A stretch of 64,000 nt of DNA. It comes from Antedon mediterranea. Its lineage: Eukaryota; Animalia; Echinodermata. The notes beneath the pieces are model-generated. The model was not told the DNA's origin and ran no database searches. It saw only the letters and a list, made by a program, of their open reading frames with translations. The translations under genes and the position numbers were made by a program. Of the stretch, positions 1 to 12,530 are shown one piece after another. Within the stretch, counting starts at the first letter, position 1, and each line of letters starts with the position of its first letter. The DNA lies in NCBI RefSeq assembly GCF_964355755.1, contig NC_092671.1, positions 25,184,070 through 25,248,069 of the forward strand, in the 5' to 3' direction.

Positions 1-1024
1 CATTGCTATGTAATACTTTGTTGAAACTATCACCGTCCTAGTCGATTGAAATAGTATAGTACATGTAACGATACATCACTACGACGTGTATGTTTATATA
101 ATGTAAAACAATTTGTGAAAACCACCTCTATTCGGGGAAAATCATAAAATCGATTTAATCGTCAATAAAAATTAAATTATCTAACTCAACTTTATTAGTA
201 GGCCTAATGGTTTTCAATTGTTTCTTAGAGCCAATTCATACTTAAGTTGGTTCCTACCCTACCCACCAAAGTTGTTCTGCGTTTAGGGGATTTGATGCAC
301 CGTAGGCCTATCCTCTACTGGCTTTACAACGCTACTCATGCCAGTGAGGGAAGGGTGATGATGTGGGTGGTTTAAATGCAATAATAAAGATTTGTACATA
401 ATATACGGCGACTGAAAACGCTAGCTCATTATCAGTTAAAAAAATTATATCCAACCTCTGCAGCACAGATTGAAAAAAAAAATGGATCGAATTTCTGTTA
501 TGAGTATATACAGTGCTTGCCTTTACGACGCCTGAGGGAATAGACACTTGTGGAACAGAGATTGGAATGTTCCATTCATCGCAAATCAATACATTTGTAT
601 AAACGTATATTAAATCTATCAAAATAGTATTTAAAAAAAAAATCGGCCTGTCTTCAACATTATGATGCTGTACTCGAGCTGTTCAACCGGTTTTCAGCCA
701 TTAAAAACAATTATCGTAGGAGGAGATAGGAAAATGCGAAGCATCCTCGTATTATTGTCTGCGGGTATTTTTCAAGACGGACATCCATTAGACAGTGTAT
801 ACCACGATCGAAAAACACCCCTATTTGGGGCAAATCGTTGAACCTAAATTCGTTTTAATCGTCAATAACTAATTATCGAACTCAATTTAATTAGTAAACA
901 GGGTTACATCTGGTGGTTAAAATCAGTACCGAAAGTACGAACCAACTTTATATACCATCGAGTAAACATTCTAGAAATAACGCGCGATTTACCGAATTTT
1001 GCCCTTACGTAAATTTATATATAG

Positions 1025-4000
1025 ATAAGGTGCACTATGCTAAAAGCAAATGAGCTTATCATTGAAAAGGAAAATGGCAGAGAAAAATATGGAGTTAAAA
1101 GGGTGAATTTTTAAACTTGCATTAAAATTATCAATTGAAGTTTCCTGTCAAATAGAGATAGGTAAACAATTCCAAGGGAAGAAATGGGCCCAAGAAAAAA
1201 ATGAAAACCATAATGCATAGCGATGCTTTGTTGAAAGTATAATTTCTTAACCTTAAGTATGTTAAGAATTTTGCAACTTAAAGTATGTAGCGATATGTTC
1301 AGGTATTTTACATGTAACAATTTCTACATTATTTTAATACAAAATGTAAATAAACATTGTAAAAATATTTATTATGTCCAACCAAGTTTACTGTGTAAAT
1401 CATGCTGTTTACATATTATTCTATCGTAAGCCTATCGTAGACCAGCACAGACAATGATAAATAAAAATAACAAAATAATCACCGAAAACTTAATTTAGCA
1501 AAAAAATGCCTACATAGGAGTAACATTTACTTATTGTTTCTTTGATAAGAATACAGTCTGTAAAATCAAAACACTGCAATTCATTTCAATGTGAAAACAA
1601 AATACTAATATTTAATATCTGATAAATGTTGTTGTTGGGATTAACAGTACAGTATATACATTTCGGTACCAACGTTAAACCATAAGTAATAATTAATTAT
1701 TACTCTATGGTTAAAAAAAAACAATATAAATATAAACAGTTCTATTATACAGTTAAATATTACTACTCTTACTATACTATTTATTGCGCCATCAAATTTG
1801 CTCGATTTACAAAAAAAACCGCATGTCAAGGTTTGAAAATCTGTAAAGAAATATGATAAAATGTGTCCCGAATAACCTGGAGCCTACTTCAACGAAGGAC
1901 TTGCAACTGGATGATAACACTGGTGGCTTGAACCCAACATCTTAATTATTGTCTAAGTATCATGGAAAATTTCAAAATGCAATGTGACGATGTTTTTTAC
2001 CCGAAGTTGTATATGTAACGGAAAATATTAATTCTGAAAAACGACACTTAAAAGATACAGTACAGGTGATTATAGCATTCGTATATCAACTTATGGATCA
2101 ATCAATCATTGCCTATCAATAGTAGCACAGTGATTTGCGATAAAAAAAAATTACACTATAGCTCTGCTATACAATTAAGTAAATATTACAATTTCTAATA
2201 CGCTAATGAACTAAAATTGTCTTGCGGTAGTGCATGAGTCATCTAGCCTAGTGTGTTGTAATCTCTATGAGTTAACACATTTTGCCACCCATGTCACCCT
2301 GATTCGTGTCAATTACGTAAGTCTGGAATTGGAACATTAAACAGAATGTTTCCTGTAGTATTTGTAGGTTCTTTCTGGCTGGTTTTCGGATATGTTGGCA
2401 TTCGTACAGCAGCGACGCTTTTTCTTCTAGTTTTCTCATCCTCATCTGCAGATTCGTCCAGAAGTGATTGTCGTCTGATGAATAATCCACTGCTCTTTCT
2501 GCGTGTTCTTGATGATGTTTGTTGGACGGGTAACGACGTTCGTGGTTGGGTTGGTGACGACATTTGTGGAGGACGAGGCGTCAATGGTGGACGCGCTAAT
2601 GACGAGATGTTGGGAGGGTTTGGTGTGGATGTACTGTGTCGCCGCCTGTGGACTTTTGATAAACTAGGAGAAGCAGTCATTGGTCTTGCATTAGGTAATC
2701 CTTTTTGAGTGACAATGTCCCGAGGTGTCATGGGTCGAGAATTGTAGTCTGATTCTAATGACGTTTGTTTTCGTAAATTGCTCATGCTGTCTTTTCTCTG
2801 TGACGCTTCTTCCACTAGTTCCTGGTCGTGATGAAGGATTGGATTCAGGTGACAATTCTTCATCATAAAATAATTCTTCATCTTCACCGTCACTCGAATA
2901 ATACCCATTTCTTGATGATATTGGCATGTCCATAGAGGAACTTTGCGTTGTCATAGAAGTTCTGGAAAAAGACCTTTTTGAAACTGGGCTTGGTATTTTT
3001 GCAAAGTCAATCCGTGGCTTGTGTTCGTTCGACAGTTTAGTTGTGCTCCCTCCATTAAGTAACCCGTAAACGCGTTCAAGTTCATTTGTGAGTTTCATAA
3101 TGACACAAAGGTCTTTACAGTGTTGCGCTTGTAACTGTTGTTCAAAGTATGTAATCTCCTCCTGCAGTTTATCCTCGTAGTATTGAACAAGTTTCTTTTT
3201 CATACGCACCATTTTGGACTTGAGCATCTTAGTGTCAACTGTGTCCTTTTCCTAAAAATAAACAAATGACATGACACTATCGGAAGGTTAGTTCAGAAGA
3301 ATTTTTTGGCAGTTCACCAGATTCTCAGTGCTGTATCTAAACTTCTCCAGTATTATAAGATTATTTGGTTATATAACATCACATGTGTTTCACATGTATC
3401 TCATATACTACCATAAACCTATCCTTACATGATGCAGGAGAACCACCTGATAGGCCGTATTACCACATATATGTCAAGAAATACAACACAGAGAATCGTG
3501 TGATAGTACACGATGAACAGATTCGACAGGTTTGTTGTTATTTTTACGTTGTCTGTTTAAAATTGAATTGAAAGTATTGATATCTAATGCTGTACCTTCT
3601 TTGAGCGATTCTTTAACACTTCCATACAACCAGTATGACGCTGCTCGATAGCGTATTCTATCGGTGTTTTACCAACCTATAATTAAAAAACATATATAGA
3701 TCATACTTACTTAATACAAGAAAGAATTTGCCGCTGTTTTAGGGAATAATACATTTTAAAGGTGAAAATGCATTCAACTCAACAACAACTAATTAGACTA
3801 TACAAAATTGTGGAAAATGTTGTCGCTCTCAAATACTACTCTTTGAGTAGAGGGTTCATATTTAGATGTTTGCTCTGGTAATAAAGGACGATGGAATTCT
3901 GCTTGTTTGGTTAGTACTGTAAGTGGCTTCAGGTGAATGATGGAAATATACCTCATTAGAGGTGACCCTTGCTAGAAGATGGTGAAGATGACAAAGGCAA

Positions 4001-5463
4001 AGGCGACGACGATGAGGATACACGTTATGATAGGGCTAAAGTAAAAACAATTGATAATTTCCTGACTCTTAGCGTCCGGATCACAACCAAGTTTATTAAA
4101 AGTTTGACAACCTCTTCTTGTCTAGTCCACGATGCTATATGTAGAGCATTGACACCAATTGGCTTAAAAGTAGATTAAGATGTTCAGAGTATGGTAAAAT
4201 TCGGTAGAATTCTCTCAGAATATTACTATTAGACCTACATACATATTGAAAGTTGCTTTTGAATATACCTTTGGAACCCCTTATGAATAATTTATATTCC
4301 GTTTTTCAATCCTATTATTGTTAAGATAAAGCCATGCATATTGTGTCGGCTCTTTTGGTGCTCCATAGAAACAAAAACACATTCTGGCACTTTAACCTTG
4401 AGTATGCAAAACAGTGTGATAAAAACGTTCAAGCAATGTTTTTTATATGATTGTCCGCTTGAGGCCTAATTCTATGGTGTGCTATCCATGATAAAGTTAG
4501 TTAACACAAAATGACGCTATCTATTGATTGCCAATTTGAATTGCAAGATGGTTGTAGTGTTTCCCAAAGGGCATAATAACGTATTGCGTTTAAGTCTTAT
4601 GTTATATATTATATTTTTAATATTTATATCATCTCCATAATTTTGAAGTTAAATGCATTAGTTAGTTATTATGGATAAAGAATTATTATTTCTATAATGT
4701 TGAACAATCTATTATGTAAACGATGGTTTATGAAAAAGAAACAAACCATGAACGCAGCAGTTATATTTACAAGATACTAATATTCATGTCGGAACATGAG
4801 AGATTTTTTAAAATGAAATTTCCTGCAGAAGATAATGCATTATTGTATTCCTTAAATTTAAATTTAAATACATTAGTAATTAAAGAATGAGAATTATTTC
4901 AATGGTTCTTAGAAGTACATATGGGTCTAAAAACGTATTGTAATCGGTATACAATGTAAATCATTGTATAATATTAATTATAATAATTTTGTTGTTTTTA
5001 ACAATAATTGTATTGTTATTGGAATGGTAACCATCTGGTAACAGTACACTCAAGGAAGTAAAGAACTTCTTGAGCTACATCTTTAATATCAATATATCAA
5101 TATTAAAAGTTCATTACGTCAGTTTATTTCCTTATAAATTGTTCAGTTTCATTATTGAATATTATTGATTAAAGCATAGGTAGATACAAGGAGGACCCAC
5201 CTCGGGCCCCTTATTTCTCATCCTAGTTTGTGGTACACCATCATCCTTAAAAGAGAAGTAAGCTGAGAATATCTCGAATACCATCCAAAACATTGATACA
5301 TTCTTCCTTTTAAGAAATTAGGCTACATGGTGTATTGGAAACTATTTTTTACTAATATTTAAAATGAAACAGAAGAATATAATACTAGATTGCAGAACAG
5401 TCCAAATACAGATGTGTATTGCATCATCTAATTCATAAATAATAGACAATAATAATTCAGTTT
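1025..5463. repeat. Segmental duplication, copy A (about 4.44-kb tandem unit)
   Basis: Starts at ATAAGGTGCACTATGC, which recurs at 5464 and 18353. 1025-4324 aligns with 5464-8776 and 18353-22143. 4134-5463 aligns with 15838-17058 plus 18233-18352. Confidence 0.95.
2309..3676 (-). pseudogene. Partial, frameshifted copy A of the ankyrin gene (exons 3 and 4 only)
   Basis: Exon 3 (3676-3596) encodes VGKTPIEYAIEQRHTGCMEVLKNRSKK, and the exon 4 acceptor is at 3251. A 41-bp deletion at 2817/2818 relative to copy C (20144-20184) splits the 318-aa ORF into ORFs 2691-3227 and 2309-2908. No exon 1 or 2 lies in this unit. Confidence 0.85.
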
Positions 5464-6746
5464 ATAAGGTGCACTATGCTAAAAGCAAATGAGCTTATCA
5501 TTGAAAAGGAAAATGGCAGAGAAAAATATGGAGTTAAAAGGGTGAATTTTTAAACTTGCATTAAAATTATCAATTGAAGTTTCCTGTCAAATAGAGATAG
5601 GTAAACAATTCCAAGGGAAGAAATGGGCCCAAGGAAAAAATGAAAACCATAATGCATAGCGATGCTTTGTTGAAAGTATAAATTCTTAACCTTAAGTATG
5701 TTAAGAATTTTGCAACTTAAAGTATGTAGCGATATGTTCAGGCATTTTACATGTAACAAACTTCTACATTATTTGAATACAAAATGTAAATAAACATTGT
5801 AAAAATATTTATTATGTCCAACCAAGTTTACTGTGTAAATCATGCTGTTTACATATTATTCTATCGTAAGCCTATCGTAGACCAGCACAGACAATGATAA
5901 ATAAAAATAACAAAATAATCACCGAAAACTTAATTTAGCAAAAAAATGCCTACATAGGAGTAACATTTACTTATTGTTTCTTTGATAAGAATACAGTCTG
6001 TAAAATCAAAACACTGCAATTCATTTCAATGTGAAAACAAAATACTAATATTTAATATCTGATAAATGATGTTGTTGGGATTAACAGTACAGTATATACA
6101 TTTCGGTACCAACGTTAAACCATAAGTAATAATTAATTATTACTCTATGGTTAAAGTAAAACAATATAAATATAAACAGTTCTATTATACAGTTAAATAT
6201 TACTACTCTTACTATACCATTTATTGCGCCATCAAATTTGCTCGATTTACAAAAAAACCGCATGTCAAGGTTTGAAAATCTGTAAAGAAATATGATAAAA
6301 TGTGTCCCAAATAACCTGGAGCCTACTTCAACGAAGGACTTGCAACTGGATGATAACACTGGTGGCTTGAACCCAACATCTTAATTATTATCGAAGTATC
6401 ATGGAAAATTTCAAAATGCAATGTGACGATGTTTTTTACCCGAAGTTGTATATGTAACGGAAAATATTAATTCTGAAAAACGACACTTAAAAGATACAGT
6501 ACAGGTGATTATAGCACTTGTATATCAACTTATGGATCAATCAATCATTGCCTATCAATAGTAGCACAGTGATTTGCGATAAAAAAAATTACACTATAGC
6601 TCTGCTATACAATTAAGTAAATATTACAATTTCTAATACGCTAATGAACTAAAATTGTCTTGCGGTAGTGCATGAGTCATCTAGCCTAGTGTGTTGTAAT
6701 CTCTATGAGTTAACACATTTTGCCACCCATGTCACCCTGATTCGTG

Positions 6747-8114
6747 TCAATTACGTAAGTCTGGAATTGGAACATTAAACAGAATGTTTCCTGTAGTATT
6801 TGTAGGTTCTTTCTGGCTGGTTTTCGGATATGTTGGCATTCGTACAGCAGCGACGCTTTTTCTTCTAGTTTTCTCATCCTCATCTGCAGATTCGTCCAGA
6901 AGTGATTGTCGTCCGATGAATAATCCACTGCTCTTTCTGCGTGTTCTTGATGATGTTTGTTGGACGGGTAACGACGTTCGTGGTTGGGTTGGTGACGACA
7001 TTTGTGGAGGACGAGGCGTCAATGGTGGACGCGCTAATGACGAGATGTTGGGAGGGTTTGGTGTGGATGTACTGTGTCGCCGCCTGTGGACTTTTGATAA
7101 ACTAGGAGAAGCAGTCATTGGTCTTGCATTAGGTAATCCTTTTTGAGTGACAATGTCCCGAGGTGTCATGGGTCGAGAATTGTAGTCTGATTCTAATGAC
7201 GTTTGTTTTCGTAAATTGCTCATGCTGTCTTTTCTCTGTGACGCTTCTTCCACTAGTTCCTGGTCGTGATGAAGGATTGGATTCAGGTGACAATTCTTCA
7301 TCATAAAATAATTCTTCATCTTCACCGTCACTCGAATAATACCCATTTCTTGATGATATTGGCATGTCCATAGAGGAACTTTGCGTTGTCATAGAAGTTC
7401 TGGAAAAAGACCTTTTTGAAACTGGGCTTGGTATTTTTGCAAAGTCAATCCGTGGCTTGTGTTCGTTCGACAGTTTAGTTGTGCTCCCTCCATTAAGTAA
7501 CCCGTAAACGCGTTCAAGTTCATTTGTGAGTTTCATAATGACACAAAGGTCTTTACAGTGTTGCGCTTGTAACTGTTGTTCAAAGTATGTAATTTCCTCC
7601 TGCAGTTTATCCTCGTAGTATTGAACAACTTTCTTTTTCATACGCACCATTTTGGACTTGAGCACCTTAGTGTCAACTGTGTCCTTTTCCTAAAAATAAA
7701 CAAATGACATGACACTATCGGAAGGTTAGTTCAGAAGAATTTTTTGGCAGTTCACCAGATTCTCAGTGCTGTATCTAAACTTCTCCAGTATTATAAGATT
7801 ATTTGGTTATATAACATCACATGTGTTTCACATGTATCTCATATACTACCATAAACCTATCCTTACATGATGCAGGAGAACCACCTGATAGGCCGTATTA
7901 CCACATATATGTCAAGAAATACAACACAGAGAATCGTGTGGTAGTACACGATGAACAGTTTCGACAGGTTTGTTGTTATTTTTACGTTGTCTGTTTAAAA
8001 TTGAATTGAAAGTATTGATATCTAATGCTCTACCTTCTTTGAGCGATTTTTTAACACTTCCATACAACCAGTATGACGCTGCTCGATAGCGTATTCTATC
8101 GGTGTTTTACCAAC
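6747..8114 (-). pseudogene. Partial, frameshifted copy B of the ankyrin gene (exons 3 and 4 only)
   Basis: Exon 3 is 8114-8034 and exon 4 starts at 7689. It carries the same 41-bp deletion (7255/7256) as copy A. Confidence 0.85.
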
Positions 8115-8729
8115 CTATAATTAAAAAACATATATAGATCATACTTACTTAATACAAGAAAGAATTTGCCGCTGTTTTAGGGAATAATACATTTTAAAGG
8201 TGAAAATGCATTCAACTCAACAACAACTAATTAGACTATACAAAATGGTGGAAAATGTTGTCGCTCTCAAATACTACTCTTTGAGTAGAGGGTTCATATT
8301 TAGATGTTTGCTCTGGTAATAAAGGACGATGGAATTCTGCTTGTTTGGTTAGTACTGTAAGTGGCTTCAGGTGAATGATGGAAATATACTTCATTAGAGG
8401 TGACCCTTGCTAGAAGATGGTGAAGATGACGAAGGCAAAGGCGACGACGATGAGGATACACGTTATGATAGGGCTAAAGAAAAAACAATTGACAATTACC
8501 TGACTCTTAGCGTCCGGATCACAACCAAGTTTTATTAAAAGTTTGACAACCTCTTCTTGTCTAGTCCACGATGCTATATGTAGAGCATTGACACCAATTG
8601 GCTTAAAAGTAGATAAAGGTGTTCAGAGTATGGTAAAATTCGGTAGAATTCTCTCAAGAAATTTCTCAAGAATATTACTATTAGACCTACTTACATATTG
8701 AAAGTTGCTTTTGAATATACCTTTGGAAC

Positions 8730-9086
8730 CCTTTATGAATAATCTTTATTCCGTTTTTCAATTCTATTATTGTTAACATGCCTAGACACTGCAGTGCTAG
8801 TGACATGTTTGTCATTAATGGCGTCCCGTCTTTTGGGGAGTATCTAAGAAAATCTTTCTTTTCACTGTTACAGAGAAAGTCTGTTAGCAAAAATTAAATG
8901 ATAGAATGTATTATGGTATCATCATTTGAATCATCCAGGCTCCAGTACAAAATGATGGAGATCCTGAGATGATCTGATACCGTCTTTTGTGTCTGCCTTT
9001 TTATTTTAACTTATTTATGCAATAGATTTTTTAACTATGGACGTCCGTTTCCGAAATAAAGGTGAAATGAATGATTGAATGAATGC
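8730..9086 (+). mobile_element. Degenerate non-LTR retrotransposon 3' end (paralogous copy at about 22095-22450)
   Basis: Translates as MPRHCSASDMFVINGVPSFGEYLRKSFFSLLQR, resembling a LINE ORF2 C-terminus, followed by AATAAA and a (TGAA)n tail. Confidence 0.5.
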
Positions 9087-9860
9087 GCTTATGTAAAATA
9101 AATAATCATTAAAATCAGCTGAATCGACCAATAGGTTAATTTCTCTCACAACAATGCTTACCCAATGATTACAATTCAATAAAAATATGAATTATTAGGA
9201 ATTGATTTCTCTGTTTTTATTCTGCATGTATAGGCTAAGGTGTACATAATAACTAATGCTGAAAAATGTATTGTCAGAAATTATAAATACAAGTGGTTGA
9301 TTACTGCACAAGAGTCTCCTCATATTACTAAAATACCTTTATAACTTCATTTCCATCACACCCTGCGCCCACAAGGATTCTTGTTGCATCCGCGTTTCCA
9401 TTTCCAGCAGCGCACATTAAAGTAGTATATCCTTGCTATTATTATGAACAAAAATAAGCACATTAAATGATTAGACATTTGATGTTACATGCGTCTTATC
9501 TTTTCGTGTGCATTGTGACGGAAAGTGAAGTAGATGAACATTACTGAAAAAAGTACAAAAGTGTAATGCAGTATTGTAATGGTAAAGTAGCTTTGCGTCA
9601 GAGTATTGAGTAATTGGTCAGATATTTTGCTGTAAATTGAGAATACTTGCAAAAAAAATACGCAAGTAATTCTCGGGTGGGCTCGAACCCAAGACCTTCA
9701 TAGTCCAGGAGTATTAGACTTTGAGGTAGAAATAAATATGCTAAAGCTGAATTTTTCAGGATAGGTCCCTAATGTTGTCTGAAACAACATCAGAAAGCTA
9801 CTCCACAGTAGTTATTAACATTTACAATCCTGTTGGTGCAGTAGGCCTACCCGCTGCTTA

Positions 9861-10062
9861 AGCGTGGTTCCCACTAGAACGCAACGCAGCGACGTATCGA
9901 CGCAAAGTGCTGTATTGCGTAATCACAAGTGGGAACCGACGACGCAATAGTGCTGCAAACATCGCAGGTTTGATTTCACCCAGGCGGGGGGAAACACAAT
10001 CATTAGAAGTGCATTTGCTTACGTTGCGTAGATTGCGTTACGTTGCGTCGCTAGTGGGAACC
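9861..10062. mobile_element. MITE, PIF/Harbinger-like
   Basis: TIRs GGTTCCCACTAG-AACGCAACG ... CGTTGCGTCGCTAGTGGGAACC, preceded by TTA. Absent from the paralogous site near 23150. A related degenerate inverted copy lies at about 10100-10470. Confidence 0.7.
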
Positions 10063-10660
10063 TCGAATCTAACCCCTAGCCATCACCTAATAATTGTGTT
10101 TGTTCCCACTACCAACGCAACGTAAGACAACCTACCACGCTTTAGGCTATTCACAAGCGATTGATTTATTGAACTGTCACATCTCATTGTCAATTCACTT
10201 TTTGCGTCTACGTCTTTGCGTTGCTTCTCTAGCAGGAACCAAGTTAATTGTGTTTTCCCCTGCATCTACATACGTGAAATCAAAACTGCTTGGTTTGCTC
10301 GTCAACGTTAGTTGCCATAGACTTTGACCTAGTTCATCCTCCTCATACATTCCTTGTTCTTTCCTTGCGTTTTTGCGTGAAAAAAAACTGCCCGAATGTT
10401 TGCAGCACTCTTCTTGCGTTGTTGGTTCCCACTTGTGTTACGCAATATTGCAATTTGCATCAATACGTTGTCTGTTTCTATTTTTAAGTTGATAAAATTG
10501 CGTTTTGACGATTCATTTTTTCCCAACAAAATCAGGGGGCTCAGGACACCCGTGACCTCCTCACTGGCTGTGCCCTGCACCGGTCAGTTCCATCCATCTT
10601 GCACTATTGTGAATCATCATCATGTGACCAACAAATCTAGGTAACTGTGTGGTAATACAA

Positions 10661-12530
10661 ACTTCTTTCTGTCTGTAATCTGTGTGCAAACCATGACGGC
10701 GAAACAACGTTCACTTCTGCACTATCACTTCTTTCTGTCTGTAATCTGTGTGCAAACCATGATGGCGGAACGTTCACTTCTGCACTATCACTTCTTTCTG
10801 TCTGTAATCTGTGTGCAAACCATGATGGCGAAACAATGTTCACTTCTGCACTATTACTTCTTTCTGTCTGTAATCTGTGTGCAAACCATGATGGCGGAAC
10901 GTTCACTTCTGCACTATCACTTCTTTCTGTCTGTAATCTGTGTGCAAACCATGATGGCGGAACGTTCACTTCTGCACTATTACTTCTTTCTGTCTGTAAT
11001 CTGTGTGCAAACCATGATGGCGAAACAATGTTCACTTCTGCACTATCACTTCTTTCTGTCTGTAATCTGTGTGCAAACCATGATGGCGAAACAACGTTCA
11101 CTTCTGCACTATCACTTCTTTCTGTCTGTAATCTGTGTGCAAACCATGATGGCGGAACGTTCACTTCTGCACTATCACTTCTTTCTGTCTGTAATCTGTG
11201 TGCAAACCATGACGGCGAAACAACGTTCACTTCTGCACTATCACTTCTTTCTGTCTGTAATCTGTGTGCAAACCATGACGGCAGAACAACGTTCACTTCT
11301 GCACTATCACTTCTTTCTGTCTGTAATCTGTGTGCAAACCATGACGGCAGAACAACGTTCACTTCTGCACTATCACTTCTTTCTGTCTGTAATCTGTGTG
11401 CAAACCATGACGGCGAAACAACGTTCACTTCTGCACTATCACTTCTTTCTGTCTGTAATCTGTGTGCAAACCATGATGGCGGAACGTTCACTTCTGCACT
11501 ATCACTTCTTTCTGTCTGTAATCTGTGTGCAAACCATGACGGCGAAACAACGTTCACTTCTGCACTATCACTTCTTTCTGTCTGTAATCTGTGTGCAAAC
11601 CATGACGGCGAAACAACATTCACTTCTGCACTATCACTTCTTTCTGTCTGTAATCTGTGTGCAAACCATGATGGCGAAACAACGTTCACTTCTGCACTAT
11701 CACTTCTTTCTGTCTGTAATCTGTGGGCAAACCATGATGGCGGAACGTTCACTTCTGCACTATCACTTCTTTCTGTCTGTAATCTGTGTGCAAACCATGA
11801 TGGCGAAACAGCGTTCACTTCTGCACTATCACTTCTTTCTGTCTGTAATCTGTGTGCAAACCATGATGGCGGAACGTTCACTTCTGCACTATCACTTCTT
11901 TCTGTCTGTAATCTGTGTGCAAACCATGATGGCGGAACGTTCACTTCTGCACTATCACTTCTTTCTGTCTGTAATCTGTGGGCAAACCATGACAACGAAA
12001 CAATGTTCACTTCTGCACTATCACTTCTTTCTGTCTGTAATCTGTGTGCAAACCATGATGGCGGAACGTTCACTTCTGCTCTATCACTTCTTTCTGTCTG
12101 TAATCTGTGTGCAAACCATGATGGCGAAACAGCGTTCACTTCTGCACTATCACTTCTTTCTGTCTGTAAACTGTGTGCAAACCATGATGGCGGAATACAT
12201 TCACTTCTGCACTATCACTTCTTTCTGTCTGTAATCTGTGTGCAAACCATGACGGCGAAACAACGTTCACTTCTGTACTATCACTTCTTTCTGTCTGTAA
12301 TCTGTGTGCAAACCATGATGGCGGAATACATTCACTTCTGCACTATCACTTCTTTCTGTCTGTAATCTGTGTGCAAACCATGACGGCGAAACAACGTTCA
12401 CTTCTGTACTATCACTTCTTTCTGTCTGTAATCTGTGTGCAAACCATGATGGCGGAACCTTCACTTCTGCACTATCACTTCTTTCTGTCTGTAATCTGTG
12501 TGCAAACCATGATGACGGAACGTTCACTTC
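10661..12530. repeat. Minisatellite, about 29 units of 63/66 bp (two 65-bp units near the right end)
   Basis: Unit ACTTCTTTCTGTCTGTAATCTGTGTGCAAACCATGA(T/C)GGCG(GAA/AAACAA)CGTTCACTTCTGCACTATC, repeated head-to-tail with no unique spacers. Confidence 0.97.

Larger units (their letters stand above)
5464..10085. repeat. Segmental duplication, copy B
   Basis: Near-identical to copy A up to about 8776, then continues collinear with 22143-23180 as far as CTCGAATCTAACCCCTAGCCATCA. Confidence 0.93.

Noticed and set aside
1111-1829. Small ORFs recurring in all three copies (69 aa, 62 aa)
   Set aside because: They recur only because of the recent duplication, lie in the AT-rich 3' UTR/flank, start at non-ATG codons in several cases and show no motifs.
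2346-2708. Plus-strand 120-aa ORFs (also 6784-7146 and 19675-19977)
   Set aside because: Antisense shadows of ankyrin gene exon 4.
10661-12530. CRISPR array, or three overlapping ~500-aa genes
   Set aside because: Units are contiguous with no unique spacers, there are no cas genes and the context is eukaryotic. The long ORFs follow from a stop-free unit with length divisible by 3.
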